DNA of 64,000 nt from the human T2T-CHM13v2.0 reference genome, Homo sapiens, in NCBI RefSeq assembly GCF_009914755.1, contig NC_060948.1; one strand, 5' to 3'. This document shows positions 57,867-64,000 of this stretch, in pieces. Both the position numbers and the translations under genes were made by a program. Numbering within the stretch: position 1 is the stretch's first letter; the number at the start of each line of letters is the position of its first letter. The notes below the pieces were generated by a model. It was not told the DNA's origin. It searched no databases and was given only the letters and a program-made list of their open reading frames with translations.

Positions 57867-59971
57867 AGATCCATATTTTTTAAATGAAAAAAAATTTCAA
57901 AGGTACTCTGCTTGGTACAATAATCAAATGTATAAACTGAGGAATAAAACATAACCATGAAACCTACTTATAACTGCATATGGAAAATACAGAGGATAAT
58001 TTTTTAAATAACATATTTTGAAAGCCTTAACTATTAATTTGAAGAGCTGGCATTTGAAAGGCCAGTATGAATATACCTTCAAAGCAGCAACGCAGGTTCC
58101 CCATGAGAAAAAGCAAACACAGGGAAAATAAAAACACAAAGGTTCAATCTCTTCTGACCTTTGAAAGACACAGCACAGACAGTGGTCCTTAGGACGAAGA
58201 GCAGGAGACCCCTAATTCCGTCACCATGGCGATAGGGCATAAACATTGCTGGGTGAGGGCACAATCCACATTGTGAGGTCCAACTGCTGCCAGGAAGACA
58301 GGAGTGCTTTTACATAGACCGAAAGGTCATTGAAGGCTCAGAGTTTTGTTTCAAGAACTGAATCCCAAGCCCACACGTTATTAGGCTGCACTTCTTAAAA
58401 CAAGTTATGAGATGGGAAAAAGGGCACCCACAAACATACGTATACATTATGTATATAATAATATACAGTGTCATATATATAATATATATAACCTATGTAT
58501 AATATTGTTTTACATCCTGCATCTTATGTTATATATATTGTATAAAATATAATAATTGATAATATATAAGTTTTATAATTATACAATATGACATATAGTA
58601 TATATTATAATTTATGACATATATAATATATGTTATATGTCATATATAGAATATATTATACGGTTAATATACGTATTAAATATAAATTATACATTATATA
58701 TATTATATATAATATATCTGTTATATATAATACCCATTATGCATAATATATATATTATGTCTATGTTATATATAGTATAAAACAACATATAATAATATAT
58801 AATTGTATATATAAAATGCGACATATAATATATATTATATTTTATAACATATGTAATATATATTATATATTATATATAATACGTTGTATGTATAATACCT
58901 ATATTAAATATATATTATATGACTATGTTATTAATTAAATGTCACATGTGTTATATATTATATATTTTACATAGAATATACCGGTTACATACAATATATA
59001 CTATGTTACCTATAATGTATAATTTATTACATGTAAAATAAAGAATGCAATATATTATGTATAATTTATAATATACAATATGTGGAATGTGATACATATA
59101 ACATATAATATATGATATATGATATACAGTATATGATATATAACATACGATATATGATTCCTAATATATATGGTATACAATATATATTTTATGATATGTA
59201 TTCTGTATGTTTTATATTCTGTTATATATAACTATTTGAAATTATATATAACTGTATAATATTTTATGTAAATATGTAATAAAATATATATAACTATATA
59301 ATATATTATATATAACTATATATTATGTTATATATACTTTTATAACATAATTTACATAAAATATCATAATATAATATATATTATATTATTTCATATTACA
59401 TAATATATATTACATATCTCCCAATATAACTAACATACATAATATTATAATATAGATTATATTGTGTTATATTAAATATCATATATATCATGTATCATAT
59501 ATTCTATAATATATATTACACATTATATAATATGTATGTTGTCTATTATGTGATATATATAACTATATATATAATTATATTTTTATACATATAACTAGAT
59601 AAACATGTAATTCTACATATTTTCATTTATAATATGTAGAATTATATAATCATATATAATTATTTATATTGTATAAAAAATTTTATCATTATATAAATTA
59701 TAATATATAAAAATTATAATATGTACTACAAATATATATATTATATATCATATATGATATAGTACCTTTGTTATATATCATAATACATATAAATGTGTAT
59801 TATGTTATCTATAATTATATAATTTCATATATAAGATGTATAATATGTATCATATATTATATATGTTATGTAATATATATAGTATATATAAGATGACACA
59901 GGATAAATATTATGTACTATGACATATAAAATATATGAGGTTATATGTTACATATAAGGCATAGCACATAA

Positions 59972-60286
<315 letters not shown>

Positions 60287-62391
60287 AGATCCATATTTTT
60301 TAAATGAAAAAAAATTTCAAAGGTACTCTGCTTGGTACAATAATCAAATGTATAAACTGAGGAATAAAACATAACCATGAAACCTACTTATAACTGCATA
60401 TGGAAAATACAGAGGATAATTTTTTAAATAACATATTTTGAAAGCCTTAACTAGTAATTTGAAGAGCTGGCATTTGAAAGGCCAGTATGAATATACCTTC
60501 AAAGCAGCAACGCAGGTTCCCCATGAGAAAAAGCAAACACAGGGAAAATAAAAACACAAAGGTTCAATCTCTTCTGACCTTTGAAAGACACAGCACAGAC
60601 AGTGGTCCTTAGGACGAAGAGCAGGAGACCCCTAATTCCGTCACCATGGCGATAGGGCATAAACATTGCTGGGTGAGGGCACAATCCACATTGTGAGGTC
60701 CAACTGCTGCCAGGAAGACAGGAGTGCTTTTACATAGACCGAAAGCTCATTGAAGGCTCAGAGTTTTGTTTCAAGAACTGAATCCCAAGCCCACACGTTA
60801 TTAGGCTGCGCTTCTTAAAACAAGTTATGAGATGGGAAAAAGGGCACCCACAAACATACGTATACATTATGAATATAATAATATACAGTGTCATATATAT
60901 AATATATATAACCTATGCATAATATTGTTTTACATCCTGCATCTTATGTTATATATATTGTATAAAATATAATAATTGATAATATATAAGTTTTATATTT
61001 ATACAATATGACATATAGTATATATTATAATTTATGACATATATAATATATGTTATATATCATATATAGAATATATTACACGGTTAATATACGTATTAAA
61101 TATAAATTATACATTATATATATAATATATAATATATCTGTTATATATAATACTCATTATGCATAATATATATATTATGTCTATGTTATATATAGTATAA
61201 AACAACATATAATAATATATAATTGTATATATAAAATGCGACATATAATATATATTATATTTTATAACATATGTAATATATATTTTATATTATATATAAT
61301 ACGTTGTATGTATAATACCTATATTAAATATATATTATATGACTATGTTATTAATTACATGTCACATGTGTTATATATTATATATTTTACATAGAATATA
61401 CCGGTTACATACAATATATACTATGTTACCTATAATGTATAATTTATTACATGTAAAATAAAGAATGCAATATATTATGTATAATTTATAATATACAATA
61501 TGTGGAATGTGATATATATAACATATAATATATGATATATGATATACAGTATATGATATATAACATACAATATATGAATCCTAATATATATGGTATACAA
61601 TATATATTTTATGATATGTATTCTATATGTTTTATATTCTGTTATATATAACTATTTGAAATTATATATAACTGTATAATATTTTATGTAAATATGTAAT
61701 AAAATATATATAACTATATAATATATTATATATAACTATATATTATGTTATATATACTTTTATAACATAATTTACATAAAATATCATAATATAATATATA
61801 TTATATTATTTCATATTACATAATATATATTACATATCACCCAATATAACTAACATACATAATATTATAATATAGATTATATTGTGCTATATTAAATATC
61901 ATATATATCATGTATCATATATTCTATAATATATATTACACATAATATAATATGTATGTTGTCTATTATGTGATATATATAACTATATATATAATTATAT
62001 TTTTATACATATAACTAGATAAACATGTAATTCTACATATTTTCATTTATAATATGTAGAATTATATAATCATATATAATTATTTATATTCTATAAAAAA
62101 TTTTATCATTATATAAATTATAATATATAAAAATTATAATATGTACTACAAATATATATATTATATATCATATATGATATAGTACCTTTGTTATGTATCA
62201 TAATACATATAAATGTGTATTATGTTATCTATAATTATATAATTTCATATATAAGATGTATAATATGTATCATATATTATATATGTTATGTAATATATAT
62301 AGTATATATAAGATGACACAGGATAAATATTATATACTGTGACATATAAAATATATGAGGTTATATGTTACATATAAGGCATAGCACATAA

Positions 62392-62706
<315 letters not shown>

Positions 62707-64000
62707 AGATCCATATTTTTTAAATGAAAAAAAATTTCAAAGGTACTCTGCTTGGTACAATAATCAAATGTATAAACTGAGGAATAAAACATAACCATGA
62801 AACCTACTTATAACTGCATATGGAAAATACAGAGGATAATTTTTTAAATAACATATTTTGAAAGCCTTAACTAGTAATTTGAAGAGTTGGCATTTGAAAG
62901 GCCAGTATGAATATACCTTCAAAGCAGCAACACAGGTTCCCCATTAGAAAAAGCAAACACAGGGAAAATAAAAACACAAAGGTTCAATCTCTTCTGACCT
63001 TTGAAAGACACAGCACAGACAGTGGTCCTTAGGACGAAGAGCAGGAGACCCCTAATTCCGTCACCATGGCGATAGGGCATAAACATTGCTGGGTGAGGGC
63101 ACAATCCACATTGTGAGGTCCAACTGCTGCCAGGAAGACAGGAGTGCTTTTACATAGACCGAAAGGTCATTGAAGGCTCAGAGTTTTGTTTCAAGAACTG
63201 AATCCCAAGCCCACACGTTATTAGGCTGCGCTTCTTAAAACAAGTTATGAGATGGGAAAAAGGGCACCCACAAACATACGTATACATTATGTATATAATA
63301 ATATACACTATCACATATATAATATATATAACCTATGTATAATATTGTTTTACATCCTGCATCTTATGTTATATATATTGTATAAAATATAATAATTGAT
63401 AATATATAAGTTTTATATTTATACAATATGACATATAGTATATATTATAATTTATGACATATATAATATATGTTATATATCATATATAGAATATATTATA
63501 CGGTTAATATACGTATTAAATATAAATTATACATTATATATATTATATATAATATATCTGTTATATATAATACTCATTATGCATAATATATATATTATGT
63601 CTATGTTATATATAGTATAAAACAACATATAATAATATATAATTGTATATATAAAATGCGACATATAATATATATTATATTTTATAACATATGTAATATA
63701 TATTATATATTATATATAATACGTTGTATGTATAATACCTATATTAAATATATATTATATGACTATGTTATTAATTACATGTCATATGTGTTATATATTA
63801 TATATTTTACATAGAATATACCGGTTACATACAATATATACTATGTTACCTATAATGTATAATTTATTACATGTAAAATAAAGACTGCAATATATTATGT
63901 ATAATTTATAATATACAATATGAGGAATGTGATATATATAACATATAATATATGATATATGATATACAGTATATGATATATAACATACAATATATGATTC

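Overview
This is human satellite DNA, almost certainly Yq12 heterochromatin, spanning a DYZ1/DYZ2 block boundary. Bases 1-902 are degenerate (GGAAT)n human satellite 3 (DYZ1-type). Bases 903-64000 are a head-to-tail array of ~2,420-bp DYZ2 (HSat1B) units with 26 GC-richer cores. On the + strand each unit is an AT-rich segment of ~1.55 kb, an old minus-strand Alu of ~290 bp and an HSATI-like segment of ~570 bp. No credible protein-coding or RNA gene is present; all ORFs are by-products of the repeats. The distinctive structure is at the array edge: the first unit is truncated, lacks ~770 bp internally, and carries a young 5'-truncated AluY (AluYc1 diagnostic base) with a target-site duplication, lying tail-to-tail with the resident Alu. 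Shared variants between units show an edge subfamily, recent local duplications and non-adjacent mosaic copies. I found no evidence of a new genetic system. The findings concern satellite turnover and retrotransposition, and the variant comparisons were made by eye.
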